This document shows positions 22,335 to 33,074 of a stretch of DNA of 64,000 nucleotides, piece after piece; position 1 is the first letter of the stretch; each line of letters opens with the position of its first letter. The notes under the pieces are model-generated. The model saw only the letters and a program-made list of their open reading frames with translations. It was not told the DNA's origin and searched no databases. The DNA is from Selaginella moellendorffii (lineage: Eukaryota; Plantae; Lycopodiophyta), in the NCBI RefSeq assembly GCF_000143415.4, contig NW_003314267.1, forward strand, positions 2,645,839 through 2,709,838, read 5' to 3'. Both the position numbers and the translations under genes were made by a program.

Positions 22335-23275
22335 TTGAACCAGATGATGGAAGCCGACAGGAGATACGTGCTACTTGACAGCCAGGAGCGCGTGAGAGAC
22401 TACTGCAGTCCGTATCACAGGAGGTTGCACATCGAGGTAGGCGAGCGAGACAATTTCAAGGGTGGTGCATGGGTTCCATATTACGATTATCTGCTGAAGA
22501 ATCCCAAGGGTTGGCGGACCACGGTGGTATATGGTTGTAGGATGTTTAAGGCAACATCAGAATCGAACCCTTTTTTTCTCCTCCCAAGTATGCAGCTTGG
22601 ATTGGCGACCTTCGGAACAAGGTCGTGGATGGAATTTTCTTCCTTCCGTTGGTGTGGAACTTGCATGCTATGACAGGGCTGTTGCTTCCAGGGATTCACA
22701 GGGCAAGCTGCATTTCTTTGCTCTACAGGCTACAACGAATGAGAAATCCCACAGGCCCAGTGTTGGGGAGTTCATGAATCTTGGAGTGGTGGAGAAATGG
22801 ATATCTTTTGAGGACAAGTCATCGGGATGGCAGCCCAAGCACGACTGGACATTGCATTATACATTGTCTGCTTGAACCAGTCCAGATTCGGTGATTTTGC
22901 GTCTTCCAAATGGGAAATACTTTGGCATGGCTGGATATACAGTTCCTTTTCAGGACGCTTTTCGCCACAGCCTCCATCATGGCCTCCAAGAGACGCTCAA
23001 GCAAGTCACAATGAAGTAAGAGCCTTCAAATGGCATCTGCCAAAAGAGCAGCAGTAATATGAGTTCTTGTGTCACTATTGGAGGAAAAAAAACTTGTAAT
23101 ATTACAACAGAAAGAAACACACACATATCTCAGTGAGAGTATCTTGAGCAAGACAGGGCTCCACAGGGAGACTGGGGACAAAAACATCCTTGGGTTGTTG
23201 GAGGAGAGCTGGAGAAGAGATGAATTGCTCAGCAAACTCAATTTTATGAGGGAAATCAGAAAAATGACCAGCTAA
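22335..23275 (+). pseudogene. Possible degraded gene of unknown family
   Basis: Chain of short + strand ORFs with protein-like composition (YYDYLLKNPKGWRTT, KLHFFALQATT, WQPKHDW); no recognised domain. Confidence 0.25.
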
Positions 23276-23337
23276 CTTTGACTTGACCAGATTAATGACG
23301 TGGACACCACGACCTTGGGTCAGCACACGACGATATA

Positions 23338-25485
23338 ATGGCCTCTCAAATCGTCGTCATGGTCACGGCAAAGATCATGGCGCTGCTCCAATTCCTCTTC
23401 CTCTCTCTCCTCCCGCTCGCGCTCGCATACGATCGAATGCCTCTGGGATCGTCCCTGCTCACCACTGAATCTCTCATTTCGGCAAATGGCAGAGTGAAGC
23501 TCGAGTTTTTCTCCCCAACCGGAGGCAACAGCAGTGATCTCTACTTAGGCATCTCCTTCAACACCACAACCAGAGAAATCATGGAATTCATCCCCATCTG
23601 GATTGCAAACCGCGACACTCCGGTGACTTCCAACGCCTCGCTCCTCCTCACTAGCAAAGGGGAGCTCCAAATCATCGATAGGGGAAGTATCATATGGTCT
23701 GGCGCTCCCAGCTCCAGCAACTCGGGAATCACCCAAGCGGTGCTCCTAGATTCGGGCAACTTCGTCCTCACTGACAACGCCTTCGATCCTAGAGACGATA
23801 ACGCGACGTATCCCTGGCAGAGCTTCGATCACCCGGCGGATGCCTGGGTCCCAAGGATGAAGATGTTCCTGGGAGCCAACCTCACGGCCTGGAAGTCGAG
23901 CGTCTCTCCGGCTAGTGGGCGATTCGTCATGACCATGAGAACCTCTAACGAGTTCGTCATCTCCACCACGAATGATACGTCGCGGGAGTACTGGACGTCC
24001 GGTGCTTGGAACGGCAAGATCTTCTCGCTGGTACCGCAGATGACCGACAACTATCTCTACACGTTCATCTTCAACGCCACCAATCCTCCATCCTTCACTT
24101 GGTTCGAGAAGAGCTTCCAGCACTCCATCTTTCGCCTCGGGCACGATGGAAGGATCGAGGTGAAGCAGCTGGATGGAAACGGAAACTGGTACACCCCCTG
24201 GGCCGTCCCGGCTAACATCTGCGACGTGACTTCTCTCTGCGGATCAAACTCGGTTTGCTCGAGCAGCTTGAATCCACCCTGTAGTTGTCCCACCGGATCG
24301 AGCCCGAGCAACGACACTAACTGGAGAACCGAGGACTGGGCCGAAGGCTGCACCGCTCTCTCGAGCCAAGCACGGAGAAGTTCTTCCAAGAACTCGGGAG
24401 TTGCCATCGGAGTCGGAGCTGGCATCGTGCTGTTGCTGCTGGCAGGACTAGCGGCGTTTGTGATCGCCAGGAGAAGACGCAAGGCCAAGAGAGTGAGCTC
24501 CAGCAGTGGCAGCAGTAAGAGCGATCAAAGGTCCATCTATAACTTTGTTGAAGGCGAGCTCGCCAATTTCACGTTCAAGCAGCTCCATGCAGCAACCGAT
24601 GGTTTCAAGAAGCGTCTCGGGAGTGGCGGCTTTGGAGAAGTTTTTAAAGGGAGCATCCAAGGCCAGGCCGTGGCTGTCAAAAGACTGATCAAGTTCGATG
24701 ACAAGCAGTTTCGAGCGGAGGTGAGCACCCTTGGCACCGTTCAACACATCGACCTCGTCCGGCTTCGAGGATTCTGTGCCGAGGGAAGGCTCCAGAGGCT
24801 TCTGGTGTACGAGTTCGTCGAGAGAGGATCGCTGGACAGGACCCTCTTCAACCGAGATGCTGAAAACTCTGTCGTGCTCAGCTGGAGCCAAAGGTTCGGG
24901 ATTGCTCTCGGGACGGCCAAGGGACTGGCATACCTTCACGAGGATTGTCGACACCGGATCATCCACTGCGATATCAAGCCAGAGAACATCCTCCTGGACG
25001 CCGAGATGAAACCCAAAATCGCCGACTTTGGCCTGGCCAAGCTTCTGGGACGAGAGTTTAGCCGAGTTGTGACGAGCATGAGAGGAACCCGCGGCTACCT
25101 TGCACCAGAGTGGCTGTCAAACATGCCCATCACCCCCAAAGCCGACGTCTACAGCTACGGTATGACGCTGCTCGAGATCATCAGCGGCCGCAGGAACATC
25201 GACTTCCGAAACGACCAGATCTTCTTCTATCCCCTCTGGGCTGCTGAGCAAGTTTGTAACGGTGAGTTCGCGAAGTTGCCAGATGATCGTCTCGACGAGT
25301 GGGATGAAGAAGAGCTACGCCGGGCTGCCAGAACTGCTATCTGGTGCGTGCAAGACGAGGAGATCAATCGGCCCAGCATGAAAACCGTGGTGCAAATGCT
25401 CGAAGGACGTGCGACTGACTTTCCAGACCCTGTGAAGCCGAGCTCGTTTGAGATCTGGCTTGAGTTTCAAGAACAAAGTGCCTGA
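23338..25485 (+). CDS. G-type lectin S-domain receptor-like kinase, third paralog, 715 aa
   Basis: Same architecture and motifs as 2895 and 5479; intact ORF; opposite strand. Confidence 0.95.
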   Translation: MASQIVVMVTAKIMALLQFLFLSLLPLALAYDRMPLGSSLLTTESLISANGRVKLEFFSPTGGNSSDLYLGISFNTTTREIMEFIPIWIANRDTPVTSNASLLLTSKGELQIIDRGSIIWSGAPSSSNSGITQAVLLDSGNFVLTDNAFDPRDDNATYPWQSFDHPADAWVPRMKMFLGANLTAWKSSVSPASGRFVMTMRTSNEFVISTTNDTSREYWTSGAWNGKIFSLVPQMTDNYLYTFIFNATNPPSFTWFEKSFQHSIFRLGHDGRIEVKQLDGNGNWYTPWAVPANICDVTSLCGSNSVCSSSLNPPCSCPTGSSPSNDTNWRTEDWAEGCTALSSQARRSSSKNSGVAIGVGAGIVLLLLAGLAAFVIARRRRKAKRVSSSSGSSKSDQRSIYNFVEGELANFTFKQLHAATDGFKKRLGSGGFGEVFKGSIQGQAVAVKRLIKFDDKQFRAEVSTLGTVQHIDLVRLRGFCAEGRLQRLLVYEFVERGSLDRTLFNRDAENSVVLSWSQRFGIALGTAKGLAYLHEDCRHRIIHCDIKPENILLDAEMKPKIADFGLAKLLGREFSRVVTSMRGTRGYLAPEWLSNMPITPKADVYSYGMTLLEIISGRRNIDFRNDQIFFYPLWAAEQVCNGEFAKLPDDRLDEWDEEELRRAARTAIWCVQDEEINRPSMKTVVQMLEGRATDFPDPVKPSSFEIWLEFQEQSA

Positions 25486-25773
25486 CAAGCGTAGTGGCAT
25501 GGATTAAGAAAGAAGTCAGATCAGCGATTTCTTTTGGAATCTCGGTTGGATTTTCCAGCCAGGAAACCCACCAAACGGAAGACCAGAAAAGCAAAAGAAT
25601 TAGTAAAGGAACTCGTATTGCTGTAGTAGCCCTGATTGAAGGAAGAAGTCGCCCTCCTCGTGCTCGAGAGATCTTCCTAGAATGCGGCCGCCATTTGAGA
25701 CGACCCAAGTGGCAAAGTATGCGTGTCCAGGTTCGTAGTTTTCTATGGATTGGGCTTGTGGGTGATCGCCACC

Positions 25774-28700
25774 ATGGATCGAATCTCTCTCCTCCTCTTT
25801 TTCTCGCTCGTCTCGCTCGTGATCCATCAAACTAGCCTCGAAGTTTCAGCTCAACCAGGTGAGTGAGAAGAAAATCTCTTCCCCTACCTTGAAGTTCTTC
25901 CCTGCTAAAGCAAGGAACTCTTTTATCCTTTTGGCAGGATTTTTGAGCTTGGATTGTGGAGCGAATGCAAGCTATACGGATCCAGCCACCGGAATTCGGT
26001 GGCAGCCAGACGCTTTCTTCCTCTCGAGTGGAGCAAGTAACAGCGTCATCCAACAGGTATCAAACTCTTCCGTCCGGAATCCATACAGGCAGCTTCGATC
26101 TTTTCCTGGACCCGATCGCAAGAGCTGCTACTCGCTTCCTGTGAATGCCAGCCAGCGCTATCTCATCCGAGCAACTTTTCTCTATGGAAACTACGATGGC
26201 CGAAACACTGCTCCCGAGTTTACCATATATCTCAACGTTACGCGCTGGGCCGAAGTGAGGGTGGAAGATATCAACCGTGAAGTTTTCGTGGAGATGCTGT
26301 TTCTCTCCCCCGGATCGACGCTGGAAGCTTGTCTTGTGAGTGGAGGAACTGGAGTTCCATTTATCTCTACTCTCGAGCTTAGACAACTGATTGGATCCAT
26401 GTACTCGGCTCCATACGAAGGTCGAGCTCACCTCCAACATATCGTTCGCATCAACTTTGGAGCTCTCACAACCGACGACGTGAGGTAAGAAAAATCACCA
26501 GAGTTTTTCCTTTCTACAACTTTGCAGCAAAACTTTCAGGTATCCGGATGATATAGTCGATCGAAGATGGCAGTCGGATCTTACCAGGCCAAACAATCTC
26601 GCCGCGGAAGCTCCCGGGACGATCCGAGTGAACACAACTTCGACGGTAGGAGTGGATACGGCTGCCGAGAGGCCTCCCGAGCGTGTCATGCAAACCGCAG
26701 TGGTGGGATCCAATGGAAGCTTGACGTATCGCTACTTGATCCCAGAGTTCCCGGCGTTTGCTTTCGGAAGAACTTACTTTGCGGAGATCCAAGAGTTGAG
26801 AGCCAGGGACGTTCGAGCTTTCACCTTCATCCTGCCCAACGATACGTTCTTTCGAAACCAAGTTGTGAACCTCCGGAATGACATCGGTGCGTTTCAAGCC
26901 TACGAACCTGGATATGACAACATCTCTTTGCCTGGAATCATAAACTTTGCTTTCCAGAGAACGGCGGAGGCAAACTTGGGTCCTATACTCAACGCCATGG
27001 AGGTGCTGAGGATTGTAAACAGGCAATCTCCCACAAACTTGGACGATGGTACTCAAGTTCTTCATTTTCTACGCTTTCATTTCATATGATCCTTTTTTTG
27101 CAGTGAATTCCCTCGGCCAATTCATTCAGCAGTTTGGACTCTCTGGGACGGGAGATCCATGTCTTCCCGTGATGTGGAACTGGATAACTTGCAGCAACGA
27201 TGGAATTCCGAGAGTTAATGGAATGTAAGCTTTGAAAATGTTTACCATTGTTTTGTTCAAGTTCGAAGCTTGTTTTTGTGCTGAACAGAATACTTCCAAA
27301 CAGTAACTTGAATGGTACAATCCCTGCTGGTGTTTCTCAAATGACAGGCTTAAACATATTGTAAGATCTTCGTCCAGTTTTGTTTCTCATCTCACGTCTT
27401 ACGTTTCTTCTCTTCCCGCAGAGATCTCCGAAACAATTCCTTGTCAGGTTCTATACCCGATATGAGTCGACTCTCTGTCTTGAGACAACTGTAAGTTTAG
27501 TGAATTGTCCTAGGAAGGTATTTGAGCGTCTAAGTTCCAGGCATCTCGAAAGCAATCGTCTTAGCGGAGACTTTCCGGAATCTCTCCAAAATATACAAAC
27601 ACTCCAACTACTGTAAGTAGCTCTTGTCAATCCAATATTTTATAGACTCCATTCATTTCTCCTGTTGCTAGATACATCCAGAACAACCTTTTAACTGGAA
27701 GTATACCCGAGGACCTTCTAAACAGGCGTGGCTTGGATTTCCAGTACTCTGGAAATCCAAACCTGTGTACCAGGGATTGCTCGAACAATAACTCACGATC
27801 GAGAGTTATCGGAGGAATTGTTGGTGGATTGATAGGAGGGATACTTCTCTGCGCGGCAGCAGCAACAGCAATATACTTCCTGTTCTTGAGAAAGAAGCCG
27901 AGATCATATAAGGGAAGCACTCCATCAAAAACTACTGCGGACCAGCGTAAGTCCTGAAAGTTTCGTTCTCTGGTTTCTTGCATTTCGTCTCTAACGAAGG
28001 AAAAACTCTCTAGCAGCGGACTCTTTCACGTCCATGATCTCCACACACCAGTCTCACGGATCCGACAGTGGGAGCTTCGTCCAGGAGCAACCAAGCGATG
28101 CGTATCGCTACTCGTTCCAAGAGATGAAAGAAGCATCAAACAACTTTGGCAACAAGATTGGCTCCGGTGGTTTTGGAACTGTCTACTATGGAAGGCTCAA
28201 GAACGGCAGAGAAGTTGCGATCAAAGTGTTATCAGCGACGTCGCACCAAGGAGCCAGAGAATTCTCCAACGAAGTAAGTTCTTTCTTCTTCCTCTTGGAC
28301 CTTTCAATGAACTTGGCTCTTTCAGGTAACTCTCTTGTCTCGCATTCACCACCGTAACTTGGTTTCGTTCTTGGGATTTTGCCAAGAAGGAAGAGAACGA
28401 ATCCTCGTGTACGAGTTCATGCACATAGGAACGCTGAGAGATTGCCTCTACGGTATGTGATTCTCGAGATCGAGCAAAGCACAAGTGCTAAGATTTTATT
28501 GTTCTTTGCCAGGTAAAGAAGAAGATCGACTCGTCCTGGACTGGACTTCGAGGCTCAAAGTTCTTTTGGACGCAGCAAAAGGTCTGGAAGTTGTCCAAAA
28601 AGAACTTTTTTTATCTTCTTCTTCTTCTTCTTCTATCCAGGCCTAGATTATCTCCACACTGGATGCAATCCGAGCATCATCCACCGAGATGTCAAGAGCA

Positions 28701-29449
28701 GCAACATTCTCATCAGTGACAAGAAAACTGGCAAAGTTGCCGACTTTGGCCTCTCCAAAATGACCTCGGAAGGGTCGAGCCTCGTCTCCACCACTGTCAA
28801 AGGAACAGTGGGATACTTGGATCCCGAGTAAGAGCTCTTCTCTCTTCTTCTACTTCTGTCTCTAAAGCTCGATCCTCTCTTCGCAGATACTACATGAACC
28901 AACGCCTCACCGAGAAGAGCGATGTCTATAGCTTTGGAATCGTTCTCCTCGAGACCATCTCCGCGAGAGAGCCTCTCAGTCCCGAGCTCTTCGAGCCGGA
29001 ATCCAACATCGTCCAGTGGGTCAGTGCGATCTCTCGCGTAGTTCTTCTTCGATCGAGCTCATGGATTCCTCTTCTTCTTCTTCCAGGCTCGAGCGGCTCT
29101 CCAAAAGGGGGACATAAAGAGCATCGTGGATCCAGCGCTTGGCGACGCTCCCCGGATGGAATCTCTGTGGAAGGTCGGCGAGATCGCAATGTATTGCGTG
29201 GAGCCGCATGGGGTGAATCGACCAACGATGGCGGAGGTGGCGCGCGAGCTCCAGGAGGCTCTGGATCTCGAAGAAGAGCCGGTCGGCCTCGAATCATCGC
29301 CAAAACCACACAATCCCGACCAATTCGACGATGACGTAGAATCATCGCGAGCAGCAGCAGCGGGAACTCCCTACCACCTGGATGCGCCCAGAAATCCACG
29401 GTCGACCATGGATCTAAGCTCGGTCTTCGCCCAACCCCACGCCCGGTGA
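25774..29449 (+). CDS. Malectin-like domain LRR receptor-like kinase (LRR-I family)
   Basis: Signal peptide [67 protein letters not shown] motif, LRR exons, TM, RD kinase ([19 protein letters not shown]), ends FAQPHAR. Confidence 0.95.
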
Positions 29450-29522
29450 GGGTGTTCTTGGCGCCCAAATTCAAAATATCTTCGTTTGGAGGATATTCGC
29501 TAGGGTTTATGACGAGGGCGGT

Positions 29523-31638
29523 ATGCTCCTCGCGAATCCACTGCCTTGTTTCAAGGCTTTGGAGCTTCAGCACAGATTTTCTCCGAGAATTCGAGCGCTG
29601 CGCTCCCGGTGGCGCGGCGCCAGAGCATGCTCATCGTCGGCGCCATTCGAGACTAGTAAGTGGAATTTGGTTGTGAGTTTTGTGGTTTTCTTCTGCTGCT
29701 ACAAGTCGGGCCAGCAGCAGGAGCAGCCTTGGAAGAGAATTCGTGGTGAGAACTTGATATTCTTCTCAGGTTTAGCTGCGAGCTAGATTTTTATGGCGTG
29801 ATTTTTGGAATTTCTCGCTAGATGAGCAAGAAGAATTTGATGCTGGTTTTATCCATAATTTTTCCGGGCTTGTATCTAAAGGGACTGAGAAGCTCCCACA
29901 TTTGAGGAACCGGGTGGAGCGTATGATGCAGGCTATCCAGCTGAGGAAAGCAATAAACTACAACATCCCCGCTTCAAAGGTCTGATTTCTTTCCTTGTTT
30001 TCTCTACAGTCTCATAGAATTCTTCTGTTTGCAGATCTTGGAAGCTCTCACCGCTGCTAATTGTCACGAGCCATACTGCTACGAGCGCATAGAACTTCTC
30101 GGCGATGCGTATCTCAAGTGGGCCGTGAGCACCAGACTCTATCTAAAGTTCTCAGATTTTCCGGAAGGAGAGCTCACGATCACGCGTGGAAAGATCATCT
30201 CAAACTCGGCGCTTCACTACCTTGCCTTGGAGAAAGGACTTGAGACTTACGTGAGGATAAATCCTTTCGTGCCTGGAAGAGAGCCCACGGATCTCCAAGA
30301 GCTCTCAAGTAAAGTCCTGGCAAACGTGGTGGAAGCACTGATCGGAGCTTACTACGTCCACCATGGCGACAAAGGTGCTCGGCACGTAGTGGAGTGGCTT
30401 GGTATCGAGACAGGCTTTAGCGATGCCGAGCTCCAGATCGCCAGGGCTGGAAGTGTTGTTTCTCCAGAGGTTCTCAATTCGATCGACTTTGAGGGGCTGG
30501 AAAACACACTCGGGTATAGTTTTAGATCGAGAAATCTGCTCGCTCAGGCTCTCACGCACTCTTCTTCTCGGCAAGCTTCCATGGTTCCTATTTACGAGCG
30601 TCTCGAGTTTATAGGTGATGCTGTGCTGGACCATCTCTTGACAAGGCACATATACTTCTCCTACAAGGACTTACATCCCGGGCGCTTGACAGACTTGCGC
30701 TGTGCAGCTCTTAACAGCGAGAGTTTTGCTCGAGCAATGGTCAAGCACAAGCTCCATGCTCATATCTTGCACGAATCGAATGACTTCCACTCTCAAGTAA
30801 GTTGTTGATCTCTTTTCTTTAGTTTTGTTTGGACGAGTAGTTTCCTTTGCAGCGCAGATAAAAACTTATGCGAAACATGCGCTTAATATGGAAGAGAATG
30901 CCATCTATTCGTATGGTTTTGGAGCTGTCAAGGCACCGAAGGTGTTAGGAGATGTTTTCCAATCACTCGTTGGGGCAGTCTACATTGACAGTGGCTTAAA
31001 CTTGGATCAAGTCTGGAAGGTCTGTTGTTTTTCTTTTTTCCTTTCTTTCTCTTAAACATGAAATCGCAGGTTTTTGAGCCATTGCTACAGCCGCTGGTGA
31101 CACCAGAAGCAGTTCCAATCCATCCAGTCCGCGAGCTCTACGAGCTCTGTGACAAGCACTTGAAAAAACTGGAATGGGATTACTCCTTGTCCGGGGATCT
31201 GTTCCTAGCCAGGGCTCTCGTCGGAAACAAAGTTCTCGGCCGTGGTACAAACGTCCAAAAAAAGATGGCGAAGAAGCTGGCGGCCATCAATGCAATAGCG
31301 AAGCTCGACAAAAGCGCGTCCCCTCTAACACCGTCTCAAGAAGAAAAAGCGAGTGGAGAATTCTCAAGACAGGCGCTACATGAGCTGTGCTCTCAGAGAG
31401 GTTGGCCATGTCCAGACTACAAGTAAGTTTCTAGTTTTCTCCATCTTTTTATCGATCTTCGTTTTGCAGCACACACAGTGAAACCGGGCCGGCCCACGCA
31501 AAGATGTTTACATGCACAGCATCGGTTCGTATCGAGCAAGGAGAGAAACAAGAATGCATCGGTCAGCCAAGGCCTACGATCAACAAGGCCAAAGACTCGG
31601 CAGCAAGGGTGCTTATGGAAACTTTGCAAAAAAGTTAA
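29523..31638 (+). CDS. Truncated DCL1-derived RNase III protein: connector helix, RNase IIIa, RNase IIIb and two dsRBDs; no helicase, DUF283 or PAZ
   Basis: LPHLRNRVERMMQAIQLR..IPASK/ILEALTAANCHEPYCYERIELLGDAYLKWAVS, YERLEFIGDAVLDHL, PGRLTDLRCAA, PIHPVRELYELC, FSRQALHELCSQRGWP, GPAHAKMF..ECIGQP..KAKDSAA all follow plant DCL1; exon 1 is inferred. Confidence 0.88.
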
Positions 31639-31705
31639 GTCTTTTCGTTCTTTGTAGAGCTTTGATCATTTCAACGAAAGTTAAAAATTTCATGTTTTTA
31701 CAAGG

Positions 31706-32797
31706 CTAGAAGGTGGCAAAACTTTGAGAGCCAAGAGCATCGAAAAATCTCTTCCATCCAACGTAGACTCCCTCGATAACCAGCGCAGCTAGATCCGCTG
31801 GAGGATAAATCCTGGCATTGGCAACATTTTCCTCCGCCACTACAATCCGAGAGGCACCAGCGCCATCGCTGCGAACCATCTCAAACTTTTGCTCCTCCTG
31901 AGCTCTCGCGAAACATTCATAGTAGTCCCTCTTGTCCACGAAAGGAGGTTCATCCGCATTGCCATCGCTTCTCTCCACGAGGAGAACATTGGGAAACGGC
32001 ATCACGCTGCGAAGGAGTGCTGCTAGAACGATCCTCCCAACCCGGCCATTCCCGTCCAGGAAAGGATGGACGTTCTCAAACTCGAAGAAGACCCTGGCAC
32101 CAAACTTGAGGATCGCCTCCAAGCTCTCGGCCGAGAACTCCGCCTCGTCGATGGCGATGAGCTCCTTGAGTTCTTCGTTGGAGCTCGCCACCAGCTCTTC
32201 CAGCGCTGCTTCCACTCGCGTCGGCCACAAAAAGACGTGAATTCCACCCGCTAGCGTCCTGGTAAACACCACTTCGTGCATCTCTCGCCTCAAGTGTGCT
32301 GCAAACTCGGGCTTTGTGCTCGCCATGAGCTCCTGGTGAGCTTCCAAGATCTTTGGAACACTGAGGAGCTCGACCACTGTGCCATTCTCTTGGTGATCCG
32401 GAAAGAAAATCCTCAAGGCTCGGTCGAGGCAGCGCACGGCTTCCAGCCTCCTATCGGATTGAATCACATCTCCCAGCTCAAGAGCTTTGCCCCGAAGAAT
32501 GGCTTCCCTCGTCTCCTCAAAGGTGTCAAATCCCTCTCCCTCGATCTTGTTTACCTGGAAGAGGTACTGCGACAGAGCCTCGGGGCCATAGCTCTCTCTC
32601 GCCCACCGCTTGTGCTCCTCCGGGAGCTGCCTGTATCGATCTCGGAATTCGTGGATCCTAGAGACGAGCTCGCTAGTGCTCACTGCGTCGCTGGATCGCC
32701 AGAATGGATTCGCCGAGACCTCGTAGTCCGCCTTTCCCGACGCCCGTGCGTCTACTGCGATCACAAGAGCGATCGCGAGGATGAATCGAAGGAGCAT
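31706..32797 (-). CDS. Fic-domain (AMPylase-type) protein with N-terminal signal peptide, intronless, 363 aa
   Basis: Canonical HPFLDGNGRVGR motif; VNKIEG resembles the (S/T)xxxE(G/N) inhibitory helix; hydrophobic N-terminus MLLRFILAIALVIAVDARA. Confidence 0.9.
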   Translation of the reverse strand: MLLRFILAIALVIAVDARASGKADYEVSANPFWRSSDAVSTSELVSRIHEFRDRYRQLPEEHKRWARESYGPEALSQYLFQVNKIEGEGFDTFEETREAILRGKALELGDVIQSDRRLEAVRCLDRALRIFFPDHQENGTVVELLSVPKILEAHQELMASTKPEFAAHLRREMHEVVFTRTLAGGIHVFLWPTRVEAALEELVASSNEELKELIAIDEAEFSAESLEAILKFGARVFFEFENVHPFLDGNGRVGRIVLAALLRSVMPFPNVLLVERSDGNADEPPFVDKRDYYECFARAQEEQKFEMVRSDGAGASRIVVAEENVANARIYPPADLAALVIEGVYVGWKRFFDALGSQSFATF

Positions 32798-33074
32798 CGC
32801 TCAACCCTATTCTCTCGCTGACAAACCCTAATACAAACTTTTTATATTCCCTAGTTTAAATAGGATAATATATATTTAGGGGCTCGCCATTCTTCCATAA
32901 GCCCTAAAACCAGAGCGCCAAATTCAAATTTAAACGTGGAGGGACCATCTTACAAGTTCTTTCTTTTTTTTTTTTTTGGCCTTTCTCTTTGGGGAGAACG
33001 AATGTACACAAACTTGGTCCCTTTCCTCACTAGAGCAGATAAACTAAGCCTTGGAAAATTAGTCATCCGCTCTC

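Noticed and set aside
25774-29449. Calling the malectin-like RLK SYMRK/DMI2
   Set aside because: The GDPC motif and architecture are shared by many LRR-I kinases; orthology needs a phylogeny
31706-32797. Bacterial contamination or a Fic toxin-antitoxin operon
   Set aside because: Flanked closely by intron-containing plant genes, has a telo-box-like AAACCCTAA upstream, and no antitoxin ORF is evident
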